Source: Gammaproteobacteria bacterium (GTDB taxonomy: Bacteria > Pseudomonadota > Gammaproteobacteria > Steroidobacterales > GCA-2729495). From it: a stretch of 64,000 nt of DNA. The stretch covers positions 62,309 through 126,308 of the forward strand of contig JAUHYQ010000007.1 in assembly GCA_030426355.1 (NCBI GenBank). The letters are read 5' to 3'. Position 1 is the first letter of the stretch. Every line of letters starts with the position of its first letter. The notes beneath the pieces were generated by a model. That model made no database searches, was not told the origin of the DNA, and worked only from the letters and a program-made list of their open reading frames with translations. Of this stretch, positions 54,224 through 61,579 are shown piece by piece. A program made the translations under genes and the position numbers.

Positions 54224-54658
54224 CTAGCCGCTTTTCGCCTCGCGGGCTATTTGTTGCATTTGCAGATACGTAAAAGATGCCGACCAGGCGATCAACACCA
54301 GACCCACAAGCGACTCCGTTCCCGCGACGAATCGAATGTGGCCGATCGGTATCAGATCGCCGTAACCCAGCGACGTGTAATTTACAAAAGAAAAATATAC
54401 ATGATCCAGCAAGGTGTAGCTGTACGCCCCTGCCACCTCGCCAACGCCGCCTATAGAAAATGCCAGCATGTACGCCAACGCAAATATCCAGACCTCCACG
54501 ACATGGGTCACGATGACGACCAACACGCCAACAGGCAGCAGCAGTCTGGACGGCCATCCGCGTTTAAAGTGTTTTTCAGACAAATGAGTTAACACTTCAT
54601 AGTGCAGTCCGACCACCAGCAGGATCGAAACGGTGGTACAAATCAAGACGGTGAGCAT
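54224..54658 (-). CDS. minimal two-TM potassium channel
   Basis: 144 aa. The selectivity filter TSLGYGD lies between the last two TM helices. No cytoplasmic gating domain. Confidence 0.8.
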   Translation of the reverse strand: MLTVLICTTVSILLVVGLHYEVLTHLSEKHFKRGWPSRLLLPVGVLVVIVTHVVEVWIFALAYMLAFSIGGVGEVAGAYSYTLLDHVYFSFVNYTSLGYGDLIPIGHIRFVAGTESLVGLVLIAWSASFTYLQMQQIAREAKSG

Positions 54659-54777
54659 GGGGTCGAAGTTCCGATGGTGTATTGAAAGTTGCTATCACAT
54701 CATATCGAAAGGTAATCTTGTGTATGATAAGAATATTGATCGCAATATCTGTATCTATACCGCATTGTGAGGACATT

Positions 54778-55101
54778 ATGAATACGTTTGGAACCCGAAT
54801 CGGTTCAGGTGCCGCAGCCATTTTGTTGAGCGTGGCGATGTTGTTATCAGCGTGCGAGGTTGATAGCGACCGGCCGTTGACGGGGCCGCAGGCGATTGAG
54901 CGTGGCGAACAGGTTTTTGAGTTTAATTGTGGTGCCTGCCACGGTGTTGATGGTCAGGGCCCTTCCCTTGAGCAGATCAAGGCTCTCCCTAGCGCCGAAA
55001 GGCATTCCAAAATGGCCAACCACCCGGTCGCCGGACAAATTCCGCAGCGACTGCGTGCACACGAACTTTCCGACCTGCGGGAGTTTTTTGAATCAAAATA
55101 G
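54778..55101 (+). CDS. c-type cytochrome lipoprotein
   Basis: The ATG at 54778 follows GTGAGGA. Lipobox LLSAC, heme site CGACHG and a distal Met. Confidence 0.75.
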   Translation: MNTFGTRIGSGAAAILLSVAMLLSACEVDSDRPLTGPQAIERGEQVFEFNCGACHGVDGQGPSLEQIKALPSAERHSKMANHPVAGQIPQRLRAHELSDLREFFESK

Positions 55102-55145
55102 CGCGGTTCGGGCCCATCGCTATGTGCGGCGGTCGGTTTACCGGC

Positions 55146-56087
55146 CTAATCCATCGGGTGTCTGGCGAAAAACTCCCAAAGCAAGCCGGTTGCATCAACC
55201 TCACTGTTAGTAAACCCCATACCTATTCTTTGCAGCGTTCCCGCAAGCGGTGTGCCAGGCCACGTATGCCCGCCATCGTCTGAGCGGTAGAAGTCGACGG
55301 TCGCGCCGCCGGCACATCCGCGATAGGACATGCGGGTGACGGTGCTGGAAACGGCTGTTTCTGACGGCGCGTCACGGCACTCATTTTGGTTTACCCAGCC
55401 GCGGATAGCGTCTTCGACACTCTCGCGCCAATGTGCAGGCGAATCCGCAGCGGGTTCATACGGGTTTATGCCATCTTGCTTGCCATGAAAAGCTATCACC
55501 GGAACCGGGCGAGAAGGGCTGCAATCGTCGGGATAGCGGATGCCCGCTACTGGGCCGACGGCCGCGATCAGATCGGAGAGATCGCAGGCCACGCGGCTGC
55601 TCATGCGTGCGCCGCCTGAAAACCCTGTCGCATAGATTCTGCTCGGGTCAATCGAATACTGCTTGCGAATTTCGTCGATCATTTGCCGAATAAACCGAAC
55701 ATCGTCAACGCCGTCTTCTGCACGATCAACGTTCCAGGAAATTCTGCCGTCACTCTCTCGTGTGTATAGCGCTTCCGGGCGAGCGATAAAAAATCCGGCG
55801 CTTGCTGCCAGCGTTTCGAAGGTTGACAACTGCCCCTGCCAGTCCGGTGTTGAACTGCTGGCATGGAACTCCACCACGATCGGCAAGGCTTTGCCTGCTT
55901 CGTATTGGTCGGGCACGTACAAGCGCCAGCTGCGCTGAACACCGTCGACCGAAGTGGTGTAGCGATTCTGCGTCTCAACGGGCTGAGTGTTTTCTTTAGC
56001 AAAGACGGGCACAAAAACCAACAGCGCCAGCGTTGTCGCCGCCACTATCGGTTTGGTGGCGGCATGCTGCCTATAACGCAAAAACAT
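55146..56087 (-). CDS. PHB-depolymerase-family esterase (secreted)
   Basis: Signal peptide, nucleophile elbow GFSGGARM and a HGxxD-type segment (AFHGKQDG). The start is moved to the ATG at 56087 to limit overlap with the upstream gene. Confidence 0.7.
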   Translation of the reverse strand: MFLRYRQHAATKPIVAATTLALLVFVPVFAKENTQPVETQNRYTTSVDGVQRSWRLYVPDQYEAGKALPIVVEFHASSSTPDWQGQLSTFETLAASAGFFIARPEALYTRESDGRISWNVDRAEDGVDDVRFIRQMIDEIRKQYSIDPSRIYATGFSGGARMSSRVACDLSDLIAAVGPVAGIRYPDDCSPSRPVPVIAFHGKQDGINPYEPAADSPAHWRESVEDAIRGWVNQNECRDAPSETAVSSTVTRMSYRGCAGGATVDFYRSDDGGHTWPGTPLAGTLQRIGMGFTNSEVDATGLLWEFFARHPMD

Positions 56088-56763
56088 GGCTAATAATCCT
56101 GGCACAAGCCTGTGGATTGAACTGCGCAATAAAATGGCCACCGGTTACCTCAACCACGTTCATCGCGGAGTATATCTCCCCGACACGTCGCATCGCACCG
56201 GCGCCGACCAGAAAATCACGGGTTGGGCGGATGTAGGTGCTGGGGATGTTGACCCCTCGGCTCGGCAATCGCATGGCAGCGATATGCCCTAGACGTGCCG
56301 ACAGCGCTGCATCACTGACGGTAGCCAGCGCGCTCTTGGCCATTCTGACCAGGTCTGTTCGATCGCTGTCGCCGAATAGCCACGAGGCCAGCAGCCGCTC
56401 TGAAACGGGTGGGTCACGAACCAGACCAACCGGAAAGTGCGATGCGAGCCAGGCCGTTACTGTCGGGCGTGACAGAAAACTGGCCGAGAAGATGACGTGC
56501 CTGATATTCAGCTGCGGCAGTTGACACAGCTCGTAGGCGATTGCTCCCGAGTACGATTCAGCAAACAAAACGACGTTCTCGCCCGCGAGTTTCCCTGCGA
56601 TGTTGGCGGCCTGAACTCCAGGGCTGCCTTCGACAGGGTCGCTAAGGGCAATGACCTCGGTGGCGATGGGCAGCGTGGCAAGAACATCCAGCAACGGCTG
56701 AAACAACCGCCCGGTGCCATCGAGGCCAGGCAGCAGTAACAGCTTAGTGTCGGGCGCCGGCAC
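56071..56763 (-). CDS. alpha/beta-fold hydrolase
   Basis: 230 aa. LLLLPGLDGTG, and AESYSGA as the nucleophile region. Confidence 0.6.
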   Translation of the reverse strand: MPAPDTKLLLLPGLDGTGRLFQPLLDVLATLPIATEVIALSDPVEGSPGVQAANIAGKLAGENVVLFAESYSGAIAYELCQLPQLNIRHVIFSASFLSRPTVTAWLASHFPVGLVRDPPVSERLLASWLFGDSDRTDLVRMAKSALATVSDAALSARLGHIAAMRLPSRGVNIPSTYIRPTRDFLVGAGAMRRVGEIYSAMNVVEVTGGHFIAQFNPQACARIISHVFAL

Positions 56764-56769
56764 GCCTAC

Positions 56770-57444
56770 TTATTTCGCCCCGTACAGGTAGTTCATATCG
56801 GGCTTCTCGGTAGCAAAGTAGTGAACCCATATATAGGCGTGACTGAAGGCGGCAACGACCAACGCCGCGAGCGAGTTCAAGCCAATAGAGATAGCCCAGA
56901 ACAGAAAGAACGCATAGAGGTACATTCCGTTACTGGTAAAGCGAAATATGCCCTCTGAGACTAATGGCATCTCGCGGTAGGCGGGGTCGAAGTGGTCAGC
57001 GCCAGCTGCCCTTATTAATCCAAAGTACCGTTTCACACTGTACATTGCGTACAGACCGATGACTAAGAGCACGGTCGTCAAAATAGCTCGGGGAACAGTC
57101 GGCAGGTTCAGGCTGCCCCGATCTGCCCAACCCAAGGTGAATAATGTGACAAAGCGGCCGCCAAACAGAATAAAAAAAAGCGTTACGTAACTGCGCATGC
57201 TTGATCGTTCGCCTTCTAAACCAGCGCGCAGTTGCAGCCTCCACACGATCCACACAAATATCTGGTGAATTATCGGTACCGCAATGGCCAGCCAGAAAAG
57301 AAATGGGTTGGGTGTGTCAATATTGCTCCACGTCAATGCAACCCAGGCCAACAGAACGGCAAGCCCGAAAAAATGGATTCCCTGTCCATGCCATAGACCC
57401 GGTGGCAACGGCTTTTTTGGTGCTTCTGAACTCTCCACAGTCAT
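56770..57444 (-). CDS. membrane methyltransferase of the PEMT/ICMT family
   Basis: 224 aa with 5-6 TM segments. C-terminal GIFRFTSNGMY ... EKPDMNYLYG resembles phospholipid or isoprenylcysteine methyltransferases. Confidence 0.55.
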   Translation of the reverse strand: MTVESSEAPKKPLPPGLWHGQGIHFFGLAVLLAWVALTWSNIDTPNPFLFWLAIAVPIIHQIFVWIVWRLQLRAGLEGERSSMRSYVTLFFILFGGRFVTLFTLGWADRGSLNLPTVPRAILTTVLLVIGLYAMYSVKRYFGLIRAAGADHFDPAYREMPLVSEGIFRFTSNGMYLYAFFLFWAISIGLNSLAALVVAAFSHAYIWVHYFATEKPDMNYLYGAK

Positions 57445-57546
57445 TGCACCTCAAAATAGGCTGTGAACGCCGGTTTCATGGGCTAGGTTAATATGTTTCA
57501 GCAGCGGAGCGGGGCGTATTCGCAGCGCTGCGATTGGTGCAAAAAA

Positions 57547-57593
57547 TGGTGGGCCCGGTAGGACTCGAACCTGGGACCAAGGGATTATGAGTC
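57547..57593 (-). pseudogene. 3' fragment of a tRNA-Met/Ile2 (CAU) gene; candidate island att site
   Basis: The minus strand reads CTCATAATCCCTTGGTCCCAGGTTCGAGTCCTACCGGGCCCACCA (anticodon loop to CCA). No matching 5' acceptor strand or D-arm lies upstream, and the T-stem pairs at only 3 of 5 positions. Confidence 0.6.
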
Positions 57594-57788
57594 GTAGTCA
57601 CCGCGATTTTTCGAACTATAACAGTCAATCACCAGCCATCGTTGACTACTGTAATCTGCGCTCTGAAGTAAGGCAAGCAGTGGCTTTCAGGCGATCGTTG
57701 AATAACAACTGTAAATAGTTAGTTTCTGCGAATTACTGCCTATAGCTGACGATATCAGCCGGCTCTGCGGTAAGAAGACGGTAAGAGT

Positions 57789-58436
57789 TCAGTAATAAAG
57801 TGGAATAAATACTGGGCTAGTGCGCACTGGCACATCACTTTGCTCCCAAGGCCCTTCAGGCACATCTGCCGGCCGAAATCGATCCTCAGGAATAAGACGG
57901 AAGCGCGATTTTAGCCTCTCGGTATCCTCTACATATCTTGAACGAATTGTGACCTCTACATTATTGAACCGATTGCCGAACTTGTTCGATCCAATATCGA
58001 AATCAAATTGAAAATTCCCAAGGTACAAAAACTCGTCTTCTCTCACGCGAATTTCTATCGGAATTAGCTCGCTCTTAGGTATCGCCCCAGATGGATCGAG
58101 AGCAACCGACCACCAATCTAGCTGGTATGTGTCGACTGGCAGTTGTAGTAGAAATATGGCGTATTCTTGATCCGGGTATTTCGGATCATGAGATATATTG
58201 GTTTTCGCAAACATATTCCCCGGCGGCGCAAGTCTGCCGCAATAAGATCCAGCGATATCATCGCGTTCGTCGAGGCAGACAAACGTAAAAGTCTTCCCGT
58301 TTGCAGGTTGACTTATGGTTCCATAAACATAGCCAACGCCGATAGTAGGCTCAAAAGTGTAATCTTCATCCTGCAGCCCGAATTTGCTGAATTGGTTCGT
58401 GCAAGCTGACAGTCCTAGTATCACGACAAATACCAT
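57789..58436 (-). CDS. lipoprotein of unknown function
   Basis: The ATG at 58436 follows GGGGAGG. Lipobox ILGLSAC. The track ORF's TTG start at 58571 would read through attC Z. Confidence 0.55.
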   Translation of the reverse strand: MVFVVILGLSACTNQFSKFGLQDEDYTFEPTIGVGYVYGTISQPANGKTFTFVCLDERDDIAGSYCGRLAPPGNMFAKTNISHDPKYPDQEYAIFLLQLPVDTYQLDWWSVALDPSGAIPKSELIPIEIRVREDEFLYLGNFQFDFDIGSNKFGNRFNNVEVTIRSRYVEDTERLKSRFRLIPEDRFRPADVPEGPWEQSDVPVRTSPVFIPLYY

Positions 58437-58455
58437 AACTAGCCTCCCCAAAGCC

Positions 58456-58536
58456 CGAGAACGCCCTGGGTAGGAGCGGCTTGTGAAGCCAGGCGTCTGG
58501 CACGCGTAGCGTGTGCATTGCCCGAACTGGTTAACT
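58456..58536 (-). repeat. attC-like site Z (81 nt, divergent)
   Basis: CGAGAAC-GCC-CTGGGTA ... TTGCCCGAA-CTG-GTTAACT. The right end is complementary to the left end of site A. Confidence 0.65.
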
Positions 58537-58572
58537 GCTTTGGCTGCTTGCACAACTATTTGCACGGTCAAA

Positions 58573-58794
58573 CTAGCCCCCTTTCTTCATCATCAACCAC
58601 AGCGTTAGAAATACTTTTGAAGGCAGTAGCAATATCAATCCCGTGCCAGCAACTGCGGATATGATCTTAATGCCCTTCATTCCCATTTCATTGTGGAGGT
58701 CCGCAAATACGACCAAATAGATGGCGACTAAAACGAGCCCTAGCCCTAGAAACATGGCACATGTAAGTGCGCGCTTTAGTGTTGCATCCTTCAT
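58573..58794 (-). CDS. cassette ORF: 73-aa two-TM protein
   Basis: MKDATLKRALTCAMFLGLGLVLVAIYLVVF... The ATG is 6 nt from the GTTAACT core. Confidence 0.45.
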   Translation of the reverse strand: MKDATLKRALTCAMFLGLGLVLVAIYLVVFADLHNEMGMKGIKIISAVAGTGLILLLPSKVFLTLWLMMKKGG

Positions 58795-58800
58795 TTACGC

Positions 58801-58881
58801 AGTTAACGCCTTGGGCAAAGGGCGCGGGCGAAGCCGCGTCCAGCACCGCAGGTGCGAGCTGTCTTGACTGACTGGTTAAGC
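58801..58881 (-). repeat. attC-like site A (81 nt, divergent L boxes)
   Basis: AGTTAAC-GCC-TTGGGCA ... CTG-GTTAAGC. The higA-like stop codon (58876-58878) lies inside the right-end core. Confidence 0.65.
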
Positions 58882-59136
58882 GGCCGATTCAACTGCTATA
58901 TCCCAACCTGGAAATACAAGCACCGCAGGATGACAACCCAGTGCACGAGCCAAATTCTTGGATCGTTCCACTCCTAGACTAATTCGATCGTTTTCAATGG
59001 CCGATATAGTTGATTGCGGCATCCCGGCGAGTTTAGCCAGCTCATTCTGACTCAGCTCCTGCAGCTCGCGCAGAATCCTGACCGACTCGCCCGGCGTAAC
59101 CTCAATCGACTTTTTAGCTTTTCGGAACTCACTCAT
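58876..59136 (-). CDS. XRE-family HTH antitoxin (HigA-like)
   Basis: 86 aa. HTH LSQNELAKLAGMPQSTISAIENDR. It has a 1-nt overlap (TAATG) with the toxin gene. Confidence 0.8.
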   Translation of the reverse strand: MSEFRKAKKSIEVTPGESVRILRELQELSQNELAKLAGMPQSTISAIENDRISLGVERSKNLARALGCHPAVLVFPGWDIAVESAA

Positions 59137-59420
59137 TAGGATTTCCTCCGATAATCATGTGCTGTTAGATCAAATACCTTAACAACAACGTGTTGTTCCT
59201 CCACCAGATATATAACGCGATACTGGTTTCCCAGGCGGGAAGAACGGTGACCTTTCCATTCTCCTATAAGCGGTTCATCTCTAAAGCCCTTGATACGTCG
59301 CAGACCCTGGGGTCCTGAAATTGCGACGATATCTTTCCACTTCTCATATCGCTTCAAAATATCGGCAGGTGTCTTTGGAATGCGCCTAACGACGCGGCGA
59401 TGCTCAAATACCTGCCACAT
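59136..59420 (-). CDS. RelE/ParE-superfamily toxin (HigB-like; toxin gene first)
   Basis: 94 aa. The WKGHRSSRLGNQYRVIYLVEEQHVVVKVFDLTAHDY pattern is typical of RelE-fold toxins. Confidence 0.8.
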   Translation of the reverse strand: MWQVFEHRRVVRRIPKTPADILKRYEKWKDIVAISGPQGLRRIKGFRDEPLIGEWKGHRSSRLGNQYRVIYLVEEQHVVVKVFDLTAHDYRRKS

Positions 59421-59429
59421 ACTGAAAAG

Positions 59430-59458
59430 AGTATATATACTGTATTTGGTATGTCAAG
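59430..59458 (-). promoter_or_regulatory. sigma70-type promoter with palindromic operator for the TA cassette
   Basis: On the minus strand: TTGACA (59458-53), 17 nt, then TATACT (59435-30). The perfect 12-bp palindrome AGTATATATACT (59430-59441) covers the -10. Confidence 0.6.
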
Positions 59459-59480
59459 CGCCTAAACTGCAAATAAGGCC

Positions 59481-59561
59481 GCTTAACGCCTTGGGCAGGG
59501 GCGGCTGGCGAAGCCAGACGTCCCGCTCGCGAAGCGAGCCCATTGCCCCAACTGGTTACGT
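59481..59561 (-). repeat. attC-like site B (81 nt)
   Basis: GCTTAAC-GCC-TTGGGCA ... TGCCCCAA-CTG-GTTACGT, with two internal GAA-loop hairpins. Confidence 0.8.
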
Positions 59562-59579
59562 GTGCGCACTCGACTTTAC

Positions 59580-59816
59580 CTAGTTCTCGGGTAGGGCATC
59601 AAACTCTGCCTTTTTGGACTCAAACCATTGCTGCATTTTTTCGGGTTCTTGCATGAGTTCTCGCATCTTATTCATCGCTTCCAGATGTGGAGCGTCTTGT
59701 TTTTGATGCATCTCCATTCCATGCTTTTGGCTCAATTCCGCCATTTCCTCGAAGGTGTCGGCATGAAACTCTTCGTCGCACGCACCGCCTAGCTGTCTGC
59801 AATTCATAGTTTTCAT
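59580..59816 (-). CDS. cassette ORF: DUF1059-like small protein
   Basis: The ATG at 59816 follows AAGGAG. MKTMNCRQLGGACDEEFHADTFEEMAELSQKHGMEMH. The track ORF to 59918 runs into attC C. Confidence 0.65.
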   Translation of the reverse strand: MKTMNCRQLGGACDEEFHADTFEEMAELSQKHGMEMHQKQDAPHLEAMNKMRELMQEPEKMQQWFESKKAEFDALPEN

Positions 59817-59846
59817 ATCGTGCTCCTTGATTGAGCTACTTAGTAC

Positions 59847-59927
59847 ACGTAACGCCTGTGGCTGGGGCGCAGCGCAAAGCGCTGCGTCCAGCGAGCGGAG
59901 CGAGCGAACAGACCACACTGGTTATAT
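59847..59927 (-). repeat. attC-like site C (81 nt)
   Basis: ACGTAAC-GCC-TGTGGCTG ... CAGACCACA-CTG-GTTATAT. Confidence 0.8.
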
Positions 59928-60650
59928 TTCATCACTAACGCATGCCCTTACAAAACTCACGCCCAACTCTGTAATACATATGGACTCATATCCGGCGTCG
60001 CTTGTCGGCGATATCCCTCCCACTGATATCCCGGGTGTCCTCAGAACAGCAGAACAAACACAACGCACTCGCATCAAATTGTCTACCGATAATTCATACT
60101 CTCTCGGAGAAGCAGGAAGTACTTTGACAATCTCCTCTCGAGGAAAAGAAATATGGGTTGGCGAATGATCGCTCGGGACCTCATGTTCTTTGAGGTAGTT
60201 TCTGTAACTGTTATAGATCAGCTCAAGTAGCCGAACATCTTCAATTTCCAACTGCTTGATGATATCGATGAACGCGGATCGAACAGGTGTTCCACCAGCC
60301 GAATTCTGAGCGGATGAAATTAGCCGAGCCCAGAGGTCTTGGAGCGAATCACTTTCTTCTATATAAGCATTCTCCAAGGCTGGAATTGCCAGCTTCAGCG
60401 GCACAGGTCGCTCGTCCCCTTCGATCCCGCGCGACCGGTTTAATTCATTAACCCGATCTGCTAAGCGTGCCGCGCGCTCCAAACGAACGTACTTCAGCTT
60501 GTCATCTACAATGCCGGAAGCGGTTTCAAGAGGCTTTCCGATAACTTTAGAAAGGAAACCGCCGAGCTTTTCTGCAACATCTAAAGCTTTACCAGTCGCT
60601 TTTGCTACCTCAGCCGTAGAATTTGTAGGAGGGTCTTCTTGGCTGCTCAA
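59922..60650 (-). CDS. cassette ORF: Abi-alpha (DUF4393)-like abortive-infection protein
   Basis: The pattern GKPLETASGIVDDKLKYVRLERAARL ... PVPLKLAIPALENAYIEESDSLQDLWARLISSA ... FIDIIKQLEIEDVRLLELIY matches my recollection of Abi_alpha. The start is placed at the TTG at 60650 because the ATG at 60695 lies inside attC D. The stop TAA lies inside the attC C core. Confidence 0.6.
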   Translation of the reverse strand: MSSQEDPPTNSTAEVAKATGKALDVAEKLGGFLSKVIGKPLETASGIVDDKLKYVRLERAARLADRVNELNRSRGIEGDERPVPLKLAIPALENAYIEESDSLQDLWARLISSAQNSAGGTPVRSAFIDIIKQLEIEDVRLLELIYNSYRNYLKEHEVPSDHSPTHISFPREEIVKVLPASPREYELSVDNLMRVRCVCSAVLRTPGISVGGISPTSDAGYESICITELGVSFVRACVSDEI

Positions 60651-60668
60651 TGTTGCACCCCGAGCGAA

Positions 60669-60749
60669 ATATAACGCCTTGGGCACGGGCGGCACGCGAA
60701 GCGTGGCGTCCGGCGAGCGCAGCGAGCATCTTGCCCCAACTGGTTAGGT
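60669..60749 (-). repeat. attC-like site D (81 nt)
   Basis: ATATAAC-GCC-TTGGGCA ... TTGCCCCAA-CTG-GTTAGGT. Confidence 0.8.
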
Positions 60750-61109
60750 TTCAAATTCACTATGTACTCGTGGATGCCTAAGAAAAATAACGATACCCGA
60801 ATTGAATAAGAATATGAAAAGCTCAATTAGCCCAGCAGAGATACCAGTATCCGCCATCACTATAGCGACCAAGGCAGACGCAGCACGTATAGCAGCTAGC
60901 GCCGCAAATACGATCATGGCCCAGGAAGCGGGTTTCCAACGAATGGCAAGGCCCCACGCAACTGCAATAGCCATAGTGCCGAGTGACCCTGAAACTACGT
61001 ATCCTGTTGGGTTTGGTTCAACATACGAGCCATAAGCGAGCCAAAATAAATTGACTGCTGCCAGCAAGTTGTAAGCGATGATTACATAGAGCCCGTATCG
61101 AACGTTCAA
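60744..61109 (-). CDS. cassette ORF: 121-aa four-TM protein
   Basis: TTG start 7 nt after GTTAGGT, and the stop lies inside the attC D core. Hydrophobic throughout. Confidence 0.45.
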   Translation of the reverse strand: MNVRYGLYVIIAYNLLAAVNLFWLAYGSYVEPNPTGYVVSGSLGTMAIAVAWGLAIRWKPASWAMIVFAALAAIRAASALVAIVMADTGISAGLIELFIFLFNSGIVIFLRHPRVHSEFET

Positions 61110-61116
61110 TGCAGAA

Positions 61117-61197
61117 ACCTAACGCCTTGGGCAGGGGCGGCTGGCGAAGCCAGGCGTCCGGCGAGCGCAGCGAGCGAATTGGCCCAACTGGTTAGGT
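61117..61197 (-). repeat. attC-like site E (81 nt)
   Basis: ACCTAAC-GCC-TTGGGCA ... TTGGCCCAA-CTG-GTTAGGT, with an unpaired G in the right-hand L box. Confidence 0.8.
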
Positions 61198-61488
61198 GGC
61201 GTTTTTAAGAATGCGTTCATTTATGTAGTTACACCATTGGCTTGATTCTCGAGGAGGCACGGAAGGATCGTTTCGTAGCCCCATCTTAAACTCAACAACG
61301 GAGCGCCACTCTAGGGATCCGATATCTGGCCCATGCCCTTGCCCATCACCCGTTGAGATTTGATCTTCGATTACTTGATACCAATCGTTCGTGCAGGCTT
61401 GGCTCAAGGTTCGATCGTCGGTGGTGCGAGCGCAGCCAAAATTGCCCAAGCAAATAAAACCAAGAAGAATCCCAATTACTCGCCGCAT
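61192..61488 (-). CDS. cassette ORF: 98-aa putative lipoprotein
   Basis: MRRVIGILLGFICLGNFGC. The ATG lies 10 nt after GTTAGGTGG, and the stop lies inside the attC E core. Confidence 0.5.
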   Translation of the reverse strand: MRRVIGILLGFICLGNFGCARTTDDRTLSQACTNDWYQVIEDQISTGDGQGHGPDIGSLEWRSVVEFKMGLRNDPSVPPRESSQWCNYINERILKNAT

Positions 61489-61498
61489 GGATTAAGCC

Positions 61499-61579
61499 AC
61501 CTAACGCCTTGGGCACGGGCGGCTGGCGAAGCCAGACGTCCCGCTCGCGAAGCGAGCCCTTTGCCCCAACTGGTTATGT
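61499..61579 (-). repeat. attC-like site F (81 nt)
   Basis: ACCTAAC-GCC-TTGGGCA ... TTGCCCCAA-CTG-GTTATGT. It is nearly identical to site B internally. Confidence 0.8.

Noticed and set aside
53000-54592. Two long plus-strand ORFs (269 and 256 aa) over the monooxygenase and channel genes
   Set aside because: They are antisense to genes with FAD and K+-filter motifs. They have no RBS and an Arg/Gln-rich composition.
57547-57625. Functional tRNA-Met gene
   Set aside because: - Only the 3' ~47 nt are tRNA-like.
- The upstream sequence GTTATAGTTCGAAAAATCGCGGTGAC has no acceptor or D-arm complement.
- The anticodon and T stems do not pair.
59580-60695. Track ORF boundaries 59580-59918 and 59922-60695 taken at face value
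   Set aside because: - The N-terminal extensions run through attC sites C and D.
- Internal starts at 59816 (ATG after AAGGAG) and 60650 (TTG) keep the ORFs inside their cassettes.
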